In this document: positions 48,438 to 58,075 of the stretch, one piece after another
Position numbering within the stretch: position 1 is the first letter of the stretch
Layout: every line of letters starts with the position of its first letter
Source of the DNA: Bacteroidota bacterium
Lineage (GTDB): Bacteria; Bacteroidota; Bacteroidia; Bacteroidales; VadinHA17
Assembly: GCA_022561875.1 (NCBI GenBank)
Contig: JADFQJ010000010.1
Coordinates: 3,235 to 67,234, forward strand
Reading direction: 5' to 3'
Length of the DNA stretch: 64,000 bases
Program-made: the position numbers and the translations under genes
The notes under the pieces: generated by a model
Databases searched by the model: none
The model's input: the letters and a program-made list of their open reading frames with translations, nothing else
What the model was told of the DNA's origin: nothing

Positions 48438-49088
48438 ATGATCGTTGCTGATAAAATAACGAAATCTTTTGGTGATCTGCAGGTTCTGAAAGGTATCAAT
48501 ATGAAGGTCGGTAAGGGCGAAATTGTATCAATAGTAGGTGCGAGTGGTGCAGGTAAAACAACATTTCTTCAGATTCTTGGCACACTCGACCGGCCCGATT
48601 CCGGTCTTGTGAAATTTGATGGTGTTGATGTAAATTCAATGAAAGAAAAACAGCTTTCACGATTCCGGAATATAAATATCGGTTTTGTTTTCCAGTTTCA
48701 TCATCTTCTGCCCGAATTCAACGCATTAGAGAATGTCTGCATTCCTGCTTTTATTGCCCGTATATCGAAATCTGAGGCGGTAAGAAAAGCAAAAGAGCTG
48801 TTGGCTTTTCTGGGTCTTGAAGACCGCCTCGATCACAAACCCTCTGAATTAAGCGGTGGTGAACTGCAACGGATTGCTGTAGCCAGGGCTCTGATAAATA
48901 ACCCTGCTGTTTTACTTGCCGACGAACCTTCCGGAAATCTCGATTCAAAAAACAAGCAGGAATTGCATGAACTTTTCAGGCGTCTCAGAGATAAGTTCAA
49001 CCAAACTATTGTTATTGTTACTCATGATGAAAATCTGGCAGATATAGCTGACAGGAAGTTGGTTATGAAAGATGGTTTGATCGTGTAG
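48438..49088 (+). CDS. ABC transporter ATP-binding protein (LolD/MacB-ATPase-like)
   Basis: 216 aa. Walker A is GASGAGKTT, the signature is LSGGELQR, and Walker B is [11 protein letters not shown]. Confidence 0.9.
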   Translation: MIVADKITKSFGDLQVLKGINMKVGKGEIVSIVGASGAGKTTFLQILGTLDRPDSGLVKFDGVDVNSMKEKQLSRFRNINIGFVFQFHHLLPEFNALENVCIPAFIARISKSEAVRKAKELLAFLGLEDRLDHKPSELSGGELQRIAVARALINNPAVLLADEPSGNLDSKNKQELHELFRRLRDKFNQTIVIVTHDENLADIADRKLVMKDGLIV

Positions 49089-49101
49089 AATATATTTACC
49101 C

Positions 49102-49869
49102 GTGGAAATAAAATTTATCAGGGAATTTCTTGAAGAGAAATATTATTTATATAACCGGCCGGAATTCATTGAAACTGACCCTGTTCATATCCCTCATAAT
49201 TATACGAACAAAAATGATATAGAGATATCAGCTTTTCTGGTTGCAACTATCTCCTGGGGACAACGTTCCACAATAATCCGGAACGGACTCGAACTGATGC
49301 ATCTGATGAAAGATTCTCCCTACGATTTCATTATTAATTTTGGAAAGAATGATCTTGAAATGTTTGACAATTTCAGGCACCGGACATTCCAGCCTGAGGA
49401 TTGTAAATTTTTTCTTCTCTCTTTGCAAAATATTTATAAAAACCATGATGGTTTGCAGAACCTGTTTGAAGATCCTGTAATAAAAGGAGGGTCGGTTAAG
49501 GATTCGCTTATTAATTTCCGGAAGGTTTTCTTTGAGATTCCTCACCCGGTACGCACCCGGAAACATATTTCCTCTGTAGAAAAAGGAGCTTCTGCAAAAA
49601 GGTTAAATATGTTCCTGCGATGGATGGTTAGACCCGATAGATCAGGAATCGATTTTGGAATATGGAAAGGTATACTCCCGAAAGACCTTTTTCTTCCGCT
49701 CGATGTACATACCGGAAATGTGTCACGAAAATTAGGTATTCTGACGAGAAAACAAAATGACTGGAAAAGTGTTGAGGAAGTTACCAGTTCATTGAGAAAG
49801 ATTGACCCGGCTGATCCGGTTAAGTACGATTATGCCCTTTTTGGCCTGGGGATATATGAAAAATTCTGA
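49102..49869 (+). CDS. TIGR02757 (DUF2400) family protein
   Basis: 255 aa with a GTG start. The pattern YNRPEFIETDPVHIPH...DIEISAFLVATISWGQR matches this family from memory. Confidence 0.7.
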   Translation: MEIKFIREFLEEKYYLYNRPEFIETDPVHIPHNYTNKNDIEISAFLVATISWGQRSTIIRNGLELMHLMKDSPYDFIINFGKNDLEMFDNFRHRTFQPEDCKFFLLSLQNIYKNHDGLQNLFEDPVIKGGSVKDSLINFRKVFFEIPHPVRTRKHISSVEKGASAKRLNMFLRWMVRPDRSGIDFGIWKGILPKDLFLPLDVHTGNVSRKLGILTRKQNDWKSVEEVTSSLRKIDPADPVKYDYALFGLGIYEKF

Positions 49870-49876
49870 CTTTATG

Positions 49877-49942
49877 TTAATTAACTCAAGTCGCTGGTTG
49901 CTCGTTACTGGTTAATATATTATAATTCAATTGTTTATAAAA
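49877..49942. repeat. Dispersed 66/73-bp repeat, copy 2 (four heptads)
   Basis: See 18926-18998. This copy lies between convergent gene ends, whereas copy 1 lies between divergent gene starts. Confidence 0.9.
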
Positions 49943-49958
49943 TCATTGTATGTTTAAT

Positions 49959-51299
49959 TCAAAGATTAATCATTTCACTCTCGGGAAGATCATATTCTTC
50001 AACCATTTTAATCCCTGTTTTTTCAAGTTCGTCAAGTACAGAGTTATATATCTCGGAAAGTACCGGCCTGTATACTCCTTTAACATTTATCCTGCCATTC
50101 AGGATCATTTTAACGGCTATTGCTGCAGGTAATGCAACTGTTCTGGCAACAGATGTGTCGGTTTTCGGGGAGCCGTAATCCAGCAACCTCGACTTTATAA
50201 CTTCTTTTTTCCCATCAGGATACGAAGCCAGAAACAGATGCATCAATACAACCATGTCACGCTCGTTTTCTCCCAGAGACATTTTTTCCAGCATCAGGTC
50301 AGACACTACTTCAAATGGCGAATCTTCGGTTCTTCCAATAGTTTTATCATTAAACAGGCCCAGCCACTCCATGGCTTTTAAAGCATGTGCATTGATGTCG
50401 ATACCAAGGAATCCGGCTGCTTTCTGCTTAAGATCATCCGCTCCATCTTCACCAATAAGCATGGCGGTCATTTCTCCATATGTCTTTCCTTCAAGGTTAA
50501 CCTTATCATAGGAGATCAGGTTCATTCTCTTCATTGCATCCAGTGTTTCACACCACCCTTTGTGCCTGAATGTACCCCTGAACATTGTCTTTGCTTCATG
50601 GATTTTGTAGATATCGATATAATCAATGGAATTCCTGTTGGGATATACCTCCAGTTTACCGACATCGGGAAAATCAACCATGAAAGTGTCTTTGAACAGG
50701 TTCTCGGATGAAACATAGGTTTCCTTTCCATGTTTCATATACCTTCCATCATTATTGCTGGCCATAATTACACCTTTCGGACTCCAGGAAAATTTGTACA
50801 TGAATGGATTATCTGCTGTTTCAAGCGAGGGAAGAGCCCCGCAAAGTGAATAGAACTCTTCCACATTGCCGCCTTTATCATGAATGTAATCGATTATCCT
50901 CATCGCAGACATATGATCAATTCCCGGATCTAAACCTATCTCATTTAGTATTATTATCCCGGCTGTTTTGGCCTCGTCATGAAGAGCTTTCATTTCGGGT
51001 TTTACATAAGAAGTTGTGACCATTTCCTTGCCATGCCTGATACATTTTTTTGCAACATTCAAGTGATGTGCATAAGGCAATAAGCTTACAGCACAATCAT
51101 GTTCGGCAATTAATCTGTCAAGAGTTTCATCATCATCAACAGTCCAGGCAATGGCTTTTCCATTTGAAAAACCTTTGATCATCTTATCCGCCTTGGATCT
51201 CGTACGTGTAGCGACCGTTACATGGAAATTTTCCTTTAAAAGGTATTGTACGATAGGTTTGGCTACCATACCAGCACCTAAAATCAGTACTTTTTTCAT
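49959..51299 (-). CDS. Saccharopine dehydrogenase family oxidoreductase
   Basis: 446 aa. The Rossmann motif VLILGAGMVAKP is at the N-terminus. Length and pattern are typical of saccharopine dehydrogenase/reductase proteins. Confidence 0.75.
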   Translation of the reverse strand: MKKVLILGAGMVAKPIVQYLLKENFHVTVATRTRSKADKMIKGFSNGKAIAWTVDDDETLDRLIAEHDCAVSLLPYAHHLNVAKKCIRHGKEMVTTSYVKPEMKALHDEAKTAGIIILNEIGLDPGIDHMSAMRIIDYIHDKGGNVEEFYSLCGALPSLETADNPFMYKFSWSPKGVIMASNNDGRYMKHGKETYVSSENLFKDTFMVDFPDVGKLEVYPNRNSIDYIDIYKIHEAKTMFRGTFRHKGWCETLDAMKRMNLISYDKVNLEGKTYGEMTAMLIGEDGADDLKQKAAGFLGIDINAHALKAMEWLGLFNDKTIGRTEDSPFEVVSDLMLEKMSLGENERDMVVLMHLFLASYPDGKKEVIKSRLLDYGSPKTDTSVARTVALPAAIAVKMILNGRINVKGVYRPVLSEIYNSVLDELEKTGIKMVEEYDLPESEMINL

Positions 51300-51479
51300 A
51301 TTTGTTAAAGGTTTGAAGGTTATTAATGAAGTACCAAGGTAAAGTTTTTTTTATGAAGAAAAATGCTTTATGCCGGCCGGCAATAATTTATATAACATAC
51401 TGTCGGAACAAAGCAAGTTGTTTTTGAAGATTTTTCGGGATTTTACCGTGTCCTGTACAATGATTCACGTATCGTTTTT

Positions 51480-51487
51480 TAAATTTG
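51480..51487 (+). promoter_or_regulatory. -7 box (TAAATTTG) for mutS
   Basis: Fits TAnnTTTG and lies 28 nt upstream of the GTG start at 51515. Confidence 0.45.
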
Positions 51488-51514
51488 TAGAATCTTAACT
51501 GATAAAATCAGATA

Positions 51515-54130
51515 GTGGGAGATTCTGCTAAATATGCTGAAACCCCCCTGATGAAGCAATACAACAGGCTGAAGAATAAACATCCTGATGCCATATTGCT
51601 TTTCAGGGTAGGGGACTTTTACGAAACCTTTGGGAGTGATGCTATTAAAACTTCTGAGATTCTTGGCATCACTCTGACTAAAAGAGCAAGTGGAGCTGCA
51701 TCTTTTGTTGAGCTGGCAGGTTTTCCGTATCATGCACTCGATACTTATTTGCCAAAGCTTGTGAGAGCAGGCCAGAGAGTTGCTGTGTGCGACCAGCTTG
51801 AAGACCCGAAGAAAACGAAAAAAATTGTAAAGCGCGGGGTTACCGAATTGGTTACACCCGGAGTTTCGATGAACGATAATGTGCTTGAACATAAGGAAAA
51901 TAATTTTCTTGCAAGCGTCTTTATTGATAATAATATTTGCGGGGTGGCTTTTCTGGATATTTCAACAGGGGAATTCCTGACAGCCGAAGGGGGTTTTGAA
52001 TATGTTGATCAATTACTTTCCAGTTTCAGTCCTAAAGAGGTTTTGCTTGAAAGACGAAAGCAGGATCTGTTCAAAGAAAAATTCGGTAGTAAATATTATA
52101 CTTACCCTCTTGACGACTGGATTTTTACTGAAGATTCCGCTGTAGACCGGCTTCTGAAACATTTCAAGACATCATCACTAAAAGGGTTTGGTGTTCAGTC
52201 TCTTAGATATGGAATTGTGGCTGCCGGATCTATCATGCACTACCTTGATATAACCGAACACCATCATATTTCCCATATTACATCGGTTTCCCGTATTGAA
52301 GGTGAGAAGTATGTCTGGCTTGATAAGTTTACCATAAGGAATCTTGAACTTTTCTATTCTTTGAACGAAGGAGCAAAAACCCTTGTCGATGTGGTGGATG
52401 AGACTATTTCTCCGATGGGGGCGAGAATGCTTAAAAGATGGATTGCAATGCCTTTGAAAGATATTTCACCTATTGTTGAAAGGCAGGATATCGTTCAGTA
52501 TTTCGTTGAAAATCCTGAGTTTGAAGAACACATTGCTGACCAGATCAAGCAAATTGGCGACCTGGAAAGGATCATCTCCAAAGTAGCAGTGAACCGGATC
52601 AATCCGCGTGAAGTAGTTCAACTGAAACGGGCGCTGAAAGCAATTGAACCCATACAACAGGCATGCAGGAAGAGTGGCAATAAAGCACTGAAGAAAATTG
52701 CCGGACGGCTCAATCCGTGTAAGAATGTCAGTAAACGAATTGAGAAAGAAATTGCCCTTGACCCGCCGGTACAAGTTAGCAAAGGCGGTGTAATGCAGAA
52801 AGGTGTTTCAAAAGAGCTGGATGAACTGCGTGATATTCTTCATTCAGGTAAGGACTTCCTCGTGCGGTTGCAGGAAAAAGAGAGTAAAAGCACAGGAATC
52901 TCATCACTCAAGGTTGGTTTTAATAATATATTTGGTTATTATCTCGAAGTAACAAATACGCATAAAGATAAAGTACCGGAAGAATGGATCAGAAAACAAA
53001 CACTGGTTAATGCAGAAAGATATATAACTGAGGAACTTAAGGTGTATGAAGCTAAAATCCTGGGAGCTGAAGAGAAAATAATGGCGCTGGAGACAGGGTT
53101 GTATAATGATCTGGTACATAGCTTGATAAAATACATACCTGATATTCAGACAGATGCATCGGTGATTGCCCGTTTAGATGTACTTTTGTCCTTTGCACAG
53201 GTAGCTAAAATGAATGACTATGTAAGGCCCGTGTTGGATGACTCTGAAGTGATCGATATTAAGCAGGGCAGGCATCCGGTTATTGAGCAGCAGCTTCCTC
53301 TTGGTGAGAAATATGTGCCGAACGATGTGTATATGGATACTGACGACCAGCAGATCATTATTCTCACCGGACCGAATATGTCCGGAAAATCTGCCCTTTT
53401 AAGGCAAACAGCCCTGATTGTTTTGCTTGCCCAGATGGGTGGTTTTGTTCCTGCAGTGTCAGCCAGGATTGGTCTGGTAGATAAAATTTTTACAAGGGTT
53501 GGCGCTTCTGACAATATCTCGCTTGGTGAATCTACCTTTATGGTTGAGATGAATGAAGTTGCCAGTATACTTAATAATCTTTCATCCAGAAGCCTGGTCC
53601 TGCTGGACGAAATAGGAAGGGGGACCAGTACCTATGATGGTATTTCCATTGCATGGGCGATGGTGGAATATATCCACGAACAGCCCAAAGCAAAAGCAAA
53701 AACCTTGTTTGCCACTCATTACCACGAATTGAACGAGATGGAATCTTCTTTTTCACGTGTAAGGAACTTCAATGTTTCAATTAAAGAGTTGGATGATAAA
53801 GTTATTTTTATCAGGAAACTGAAAAGAGGTGGCAGCGAGCATAGTTTTGGGATACATGTTGCCCGTATGGCGGGAATGCCAAAAAGTGTTGTAAGCAGGG
53901 CAAATGAAATATTAAAGGAGCTTGAACAATCACATATTAAGAACAGTTTGACAAAACCGGTTGCAGATCTGGCCGGGAACAGGGAAGGTTTTCAGCTTAG
54001 CTTTTACCAGCTCGATGATCCTGTATTAAAACAGATACGGGATGAGATCGCCGGTCTGGATGTGGATAATCTTACACCTGTTGAGGCATTGAATAAACTG
54101 AACGAAATTAAGAAATATCTGAAAAAATAA
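51515..54130 (+). CDS. mutS: DNA mismatch repair protein MutS
   Basis: 871 aa. The GTG start is required to include the conserved N-terminus TPLMKQY...GDFYE. Walker A is GPNMSGKS, and [12 protein letters not shown] is present. Confidence 0.95.
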   Translation: MGDSAKYAETPLMKQYNRLKNKHPDAILLFRVGDFYETFGSDAIKTSEILGITLTKRASGAASFVELAGFPYHALDTYLPKLVRAGQRVAVCDQLEDPKKTKKIVKRGVTELVTPGVSMNDNVLEHKENNFLASVFIDNNICGVAFLDISTGEFLTAEGGFEYVDQLLSSFSPKEVLLERRKQDLFKEKFGSKYYTYPLDDWIFTEDSAVDRLLKHFKTSSLKGFGVQSLRYGIVAAGSIMHYLDITEHHHISHITSVSRIEGEKYVWLDKFTIRNLELFYSLNEGAKTLVDVVDETISPMGARMLKRWIAMPLKDISPIVERQDIVQYFVENPEFEEHIADQIKQIGDLERIISKVAVNRINPREVVQLKRALKAIEPIQQACRKSGNKALKKIAGRLNPCKNVSKRIEKEIALDPPVQVSKGGVMQKGVSKELDELRDILHSGKDFLVRLQEKESKSTGISSLKVGFNNIFGYYLEVTNTHKDKVPEEWIRKQTLVNAERYITEELKVYEAKILGAEEKIMALETGLYNDLVHSLIKYIPDIQTDASVIARLDVLLSFAQVAKMNDYVRPVLDDSEVIDIKQGRHPVIEQQLPLGEKYVPNDVYMDTDDQQIIILTGPNMSGKSALLRQTALIVLLAQMGGFVPAVSARIGLVDKIFTRVGASDNISLGESTFMVEMNEVASILNNLSSRSLVLLDEIGRGTSTYDGISIAWAMVEYIHEQPKAKAKTLFATHYHELNEMESSFSRVRNFNVSIKELDDKVIFIRKLKRGGSEHSFGIHVARMAGMPKSVVSRANEILKELEQSHIKNSLTKPVADLAGNREGFQLSFYQLDDPVLKQIRDEIAGLDVDNLTPVEALNKLNEIKKYLKK

Positions 54131-54192
54131 GTACCCTGAAACAGTTGCAATTTATGGGATAATTTATTTTTTGTATTCGCTGAAAATATACT

Positions 54193-54200
54193 ACTTTTGC
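54193..54200 (+). promoter_or_regulatory. -7 box (TACTTTTG) for tRNA-Gly
   Basis: Fits TAnnTTTG and lies 18 nt upstream of the tRNA 5' end. Confidence 0.5.
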
Positions 54201-54217
54201 ACGCACATAATGATAAG

Positions 54218-54288
54218 CGGAAGTAGCTCAGCGGTAGAGCACAACCTTGCCAAGGTTGGGGTCGCGGGTTCGAACCCCGTTTTCCGCT
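54218..54288 (+). tRNA. tRNA-Gly (anticodon GCC)
   Basis: A cloverleaf can be read by eye. The acceptor pairs GCGGAAG with TTTCCGC. The D-arm is TAGCTCAGCGGTAGAGCA. The anticodon loop TTGCCAA carries GCC at 54249-54251. The T-arm is GCGGGTTCGAACCCCGT. Confidence 0.93.
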
Positions 54289-54292
54289 CAAC

Positions 54293-54325
54293 AAAAAAAA
54301 GCCGCCACCAGGAGGCTTTTTTTTT
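54293..54325 (+). terminator. Hairpin terminator after tRNA-Gly
   Basis: AAAAAAAA-GCCGCC-ACCA-GGAGGC-TTTTTTTTT. Confidence 0.6.
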
Positions 54326-54339
54326 GTTGAAAAATGTAC

Positions 54340-54347
54340 TAATTTTG
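54340..54347 (+). promoter_or_regulatory. -7 box (TAATTTTG) for tRNA-Leu
   Basis: Fits TAnnTTTG and lies 12 nt upstream of the tRNA 5' end. Confidence 0.5.
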
Positions 54348-54358
54348 CGAAGTTCTTT

Positions 54359-54444
54359 GCCCAGGTGGTGGAATTGGTAGACACGTTGGACTTAAAATCC
54401 AATGGCCATAAACGGTCGTGGGGGTTCAAGTCCCCCTCTGGGTA
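54359..54444 (+). tRNA. tRNA-Leu (anticodon TAA), class II with a long variable arm
   Basis: The sequence is GCCCAGGTGGTGGAATTGGTAGACAC...CTTAAAA (anticodon TAA)...variable arm GGCCATAAACGGTCG...T-arm GGGGGTTCAAGTCCCCC. It is 86 nt long. Confidence 0.92.
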
Positions 54445-54457
54445 CACTATTAAAAAG

Positions 54458-54491
54458 AAACCCCTTGTAGAATAAGGACTACAGGGGGTTT
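54458..54491 (+). terminator. Hairpin terminator after tRNA-Leu
   Basis: AAACCCCTTGTAG-AATAAGGA-CTACAGGGGGTTT (12-13-bp stem with one G-U pair), followed by AAATTTT. Confidence 0.7.
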
Positions 54492-54656
54492 AAATTTTGT
54501 GGGGGACGGATTAGGGGACAAATACATAATAAATCCGTAAACCTAATACACAGACATTATCGATCTGAACCGGTCCATCCATCCGGTCAGTAAAAGTTTT
54601 GTCCGGAATCTCTTCCTGCTCTCCCGTATGTGAAGTCCTGTCTTTTAACTTTATGA

Positions 54657-54969
54657 CCATCTTTTCGAAACTGCTGCAAATGTACCTTCCTGAAGAACAC
54701 TGCCTATCCCATTATGAAGGAAGCAGCTGAGTTTTACCTTAACTTTCTTGTTGAGGATCCAAAAAGCGACTTGTTGGTTTCCGGTCCTTCCATTTCACCT
54801 GAGAATTCATTTATCACTCCAAACGGCGAAAGGGCAAGTTTGTGTATGGGACCGTCAATGGATCACCAGATAATACAGGATCATCTCCTCTCAACAGCTA
54901 AAGCATCGGAACTGCTTAATGCCGGTGTGACATTCAGACATGAAATGCTGATTCAATCGCTCAGGTTAA
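54657..54969 (+). pseudogene. Remnant of a glycoside hydrolase family 95 (alpha-L-fucosidase-type) gene, about 100 of about 800 codons
   Basis: The translation FLKNTAYPIMKEAAEFYLNFLVEDP...LVSGPSISPENSF...GPSMDHQII...ASELL matches the conserved GH95 central region (AYP.MK.AAEF..., PS.SPEN). There is an in-frame stop at 54654, no N-terminal or C-terminal domains, and homology is lost after about 54969. Confidence 0.7.
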
Positions 54970-55080
54970 TTTGCATGAGAAACAGATTTTCTGAAAAAAT
55001 AGCGAATATTATTTTGCGAATTTTGTATTTTAGATGTTTGTTAATAAAATACATAATTGACAGGTGATTGATACTTTTAA

Positions 55081-55200
55081 CCACAGTGAAATATGCTCCT
55101 TCCCTGGTGAAATATTTTCGTACCTCAAATTTCACCCTGATACAGTCATTCTTCCTTACAGGGCAGGCAGGGACAAGCGTCGCATTTCACGTGGCAGGCT
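55081..55200. repeat. Dispersed nested-hairpin repeat, copy B (120 bp, inverted relative to copy A)
   Basis: See 6273-6358. This copy carries a 43-bp central segment (55135-55177) where copy A has 9 bp. The inner stem GGTGAAAT/ATTTCACC is 8 bp here. Confidence 0.9.
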
Positions 55201-55234
55201 TATAACTTTTTACTTTTAAACTATACTGATACAT

Positions 55235-56569
55235 ATGAGCAAGAAACTCTATCTCTACACTTTTGTTGCCGCTCTTGGCGGTTTCCTGTTTGGCTTTGAC
55301 ACTGCTGTTATTAACGGGGCTATGCCCTTTTTTACACAACATTTTGATCTCAGTGATGCTATGAAGGGCTGGGCAGTCAGTTCGGCTCTTATTGGTTGTG
55401 TCGTGGGAGCCATTGCAATCGGCCGTCCGGGAGATGTTTTCGGACGACGACTGATGCTGAAACTGATGGCGCTGTTTTTCCTGATCTCTGCTATTGGTAC
55501 CGGATTATCTTTCGATATTACCGTGTTTGTGATTTTCCGTTTTATCGGTGGTTTAGCTATCGGAGGCGCTTCCGTATTGTCACCGGCATATATTTCAGAA
55601 ATTGCCCCTCCTGCTTACAGGGGAAGATTAACCCTCTCATTTCAACTGGCTATTGTAATTGGTATCCTGGTGGCTTTCTTTTCCGATTGGCTGTTGCTTA
55701 ATACCGGGGAGAACAACTGGCGATGGATGTTTTTGAGTGAATGTATTCCTGCAGTGGCTTATTTTTCTCTGCTCTTTTTTGTTGCTAAAAGTCCCCGGTG
55801 GCTTGTTAAAAACGGAGAATCTGAAGCTGCAAGGGAAGTTATCCGGGAGGTGAATCCCGATGCGGATATTGATAAGTTGCTTGAGGAGATAAAACTATCA
55901 CTTAAACAGGAGATCACAGTAAAGAAAGTAGGTATTATTCAGAAAAAATATATGCCCCTGGTGCTTATCGCGCTTGCAATTGGATTTTTCAACCAGTTCA
56001 CAGGGATAAACGTGATAATGTACTATGCTACAGATATTTTCAGGTCTGCAGGATTTTCAACCGATTCGGCTATCGGACAAACAGTGATAATCGGTCTGAC
56101 CAACCTGGTCTTTACACTCATCGCTATGCAGGTAATCGATCGTCTTGGACGAAAATTCATGTTGTTGGTTGGCTCTTTAGGAATGACCGTTTTCCTGGGA
56201 CTTTTCTCCTGGGCTTATATAAGCGGTGGGGTTCATAATTATATCCTGCTGATAAGTCTGATCGGCTTCATTGCATTTTTTGCCTCTTCGCAGGGAGCGG
56301 TTATCTGGGTCTTGCTTGCTGAAATGTTTCCTAATAAGGTAAGAGCCAGAGGGATAGCCATTGGTTCGTTTTCTCATTGGTTTTTTAACGGTGTAACCTC
56401 TTTTCTTTTCCCGGTGGTTGCTGCATGGTTCAGTAGCGGGAAAGGAATTGGTTATATTTTCGGGTTTTATGCTCTGGTCACTTTTCTGAGTTTTTTCTAC
56501 TTTAAGAAGTACCTTTTCGAAACAAAAGGAAAGTCGCTTGAAGAACTTGAAAAGATGGTTCTTAAATAA
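55235..56569 (+). CDS. Sugar porter family MFS transporter
   Basis: 444 aa with 12 TMs. Motifs are GRPGDVFGRR, AKSPRWL (PESPRWL-like) and FETKGKSLEELE (PETKG-like). Confidence 0.88.
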   Translation: MSKKLYLYTFVAALGGFLFGFDTAVINGAMPFFTQHFDLSDAMKGWAVSSALIGCVVGAIAIGRPGDVFGRRLMLKLMALFFLISAIGTGLSFDITVFVIFRFIGGLAIGGASVLSPAYISEIAPPAYRGRLTLSFQLAIVIGILVAFFSDWLLLNTGENNWRWMFLSECIPAVAYFSLLFFVAKSPRWLVKNGESEAAREVIREVNPDADIDKLLEEIKLSLKQEITVKKVGIIQKKYMPLVLIALAIGFFNQFTGINVIMYYATDIFRSAGFSTDSAIGQTVIIGLTNLVFTLIAMQVIDRLGRKFMLLVGSLGMTVFLGLFSWAYISGGVHNYILLISLIGFIAFFASSQGAVIWVLLAEMFPNKVRARGIAIGSFSHWFFNGVTSFLFPVVAAWFSSGKGIGYIFGFYALVTFLSFFYFKKYLFETKGKSLEELEKMVLK

Positions 56570-56640
56570 TTCTGAAGAGATTATTATGGTTTATCCGGAA
56601 AGTGAATAGGTGTCAGATGGAATAATGGAAAAATGGAATA

Positions 56641-56868
56641 GTGGAAGAAAGGAAAAAGATAAATAGGGATTTTAAACAATTGAGTGTTTGGCAGGATGCT
56701 ATTTCATTATATGTTTTATCTTCAAAGATGTTGTCTGGTTTCTCATTTGAATTTTTAGAAATAAGTCTTGGATCATGCGGGGATTTTCATTCATCATATT
56801 ACAGTTTCTTTAAAGCTGATCAAATTTCAAAAGATGAATTTGAGTCGTTGGATAAGTTACATTATTAA
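56641..56868 (+). pseudogene. Truncated four-helix-bundle protein (23S rRNA intervening-sequence protein family, TIGR02436-like)
   Basis: FKQLSVWQDAISLYVLSSKM matches the family N-terminus (F..L.VWQ.A..L). The sequence then jumps straight to FEFLEISLGSCGDF (family EF..FL.IA.GS), so about 40 central codons and the last 20 or so are missing. The apparent N-terminus MEERKK is read from an 8-mer array. Confidence 0.5.
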
Positions 56869-57052
56869 ATATTAAGAATATGAGCGAATTATTACATAAA
56901 GAATTATCAAACAAGATTATAAAACATTTACAAATGATAGGAAAAAAATAGAACACGGATAACACAGATGCAACAGATGACCACTAATCAGTGAGAATTA
57001 GTTCAATCCGTGTCATTCGTGTTCCATTAACCGGTAGTAAAAACTAATTATT

Positions 57053-58012
57053 ATGGTAACAACAAGAAGAAATTTTCTGACAAGCCTGGCATTAGCAGGA
57101 GCAGGTTTTTCAACATTATCAGCAAAAACTGTATTAGCGGACGGAAAAAAATCCAAAAAGAATCTTCCCTCCGGGAAACGAAATCCTGTTGGTGTATCAA
57201 CCTATTCATTCTGGCAGTTTAACGGACCCAGGGGAGATGTACCAATTGAAAAGTGTATTGACCAGGCAGCCCGGATGGGTTTCGATGGCGTTGAGATACT
57301 GCTTGTACAAATGACCTCGGAAGATAATGCTTACCTTCAGAAATTAAAGCGCCGGGCTTTTCATAACGGACTCGACCTGATGGGGTTTTCAACACACCAG
57401 GGTTTTTTGTCTCCCGACAGGGAGTACCGTGACGAGAACATAAAAAAAACAATTCACCAGATTGAACTTGCCTATAAACTTGGTATTCCAACTATGCGTC
57501 TGAATACAGGAAGATGGGGTACGATAAAGTCGTTTGATCTGTTAATGGAAAAAAAGGGAATTGAACCACGGCTGGAAGGATACTCGGATGATGATGGTTT
57601 CAGATGGGTGATCGATTCAATTGAGAAATGTATTCCGAAAGCAAAAGAATGCGGGGTTGTTTTGGGACTGGAGAATCACTGGGGATTGGGAAGAACAGCA
57701 GAAGGTGTTCTCCGGATAGTGAAGGAAATTGATTCCCCATGGCTCCGGGTAACGGCTGATACAGGTAATTTCCTGGAGGATCAGTATACCCAGTTTGATC
57801 AGATTGCCCCATATGCTGTGCTTGTTCAGGCAAAGACATATTTTGGAGGAGGGAAATGGTACACCCTGGATATTGATTATAAAAAAATTGCAGAGATACT
57901 GAGAAAACATAATTACAGGGGGTACATCTCACTGGAGTTCGAAGGAGAGGAATCACCTGAAATTGCTATTCCCGGAAGTCTGGAATTATTGAGGAGTTGC
58001 TTCTCTGGTTGA
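57053..58012 (+). CDS. Sugar phosphate isomerase/epimerase (xylose-isomerase-like TIM barrel) with a Tat signal peptide
   Basis: 319 aa. The Tat motif is MVTTRRNFLTSLALAGAGFSTLSA. TIM-barrel motifs are GFDGVEIL, LGLENHW and ISLEFEG. Confidence 0.85.
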   Translation: MVTTRRNFLTSLALAGAGFSTLSAKTVLADGKKSKKNLPSGKRNPVGVSTYSFWQFNGPRGDVPIEKCIDQAARMGFDGVEILLVQMTSEDNAYLQKLKRRAFHNGLDLMGFSTHQGFLSPDREYRDENIKKTIHQIELAYKLGIPTMRLNTGRWGTIKSFDLLMEKKGIEPRLEGYSDDDGFRWVIDSIEKCIPKAKECGVVLGLENHWGLGRTAEGVLRIVKEIDSPWLRVTADTGNFLEDQYTQFDQIAPYAVLVQAKTYFGGGKWYTLDIDYKKIAEILRKHNYRGYISLEFEGEESPEIAIPGSLELLRSCFSG

Positions 58013-58075
58013 TATTGAAAACAGATAATCAAAGAACGTACTGACTGTTTTTTTACTAATTCAATAAAGAATGTT

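Noticed and set aside
51479-51892. A 137-aa minus-strand ORF overlapping the mutS 5' end
   Set aside because: It is antisense to the highly conserved MutS N-terminal domain and has no motif, so it is an artefact.
54004-54447. A 147-aa minus-strand ORF and a 69-aa plus-strand ORF across 54171-54380
   Set aside because: They run through tRNA-Gly, tRNA-Leu and their terminators, so they are artefacts.
54445-55234. An integrative element at the tRNA-Leu 3' end
   Set aside because: No integrase, excisionase or duplicated tRNA 3' segment is visible. Only a gene remnant and a short repeat are present, so I do not call a mobile element.
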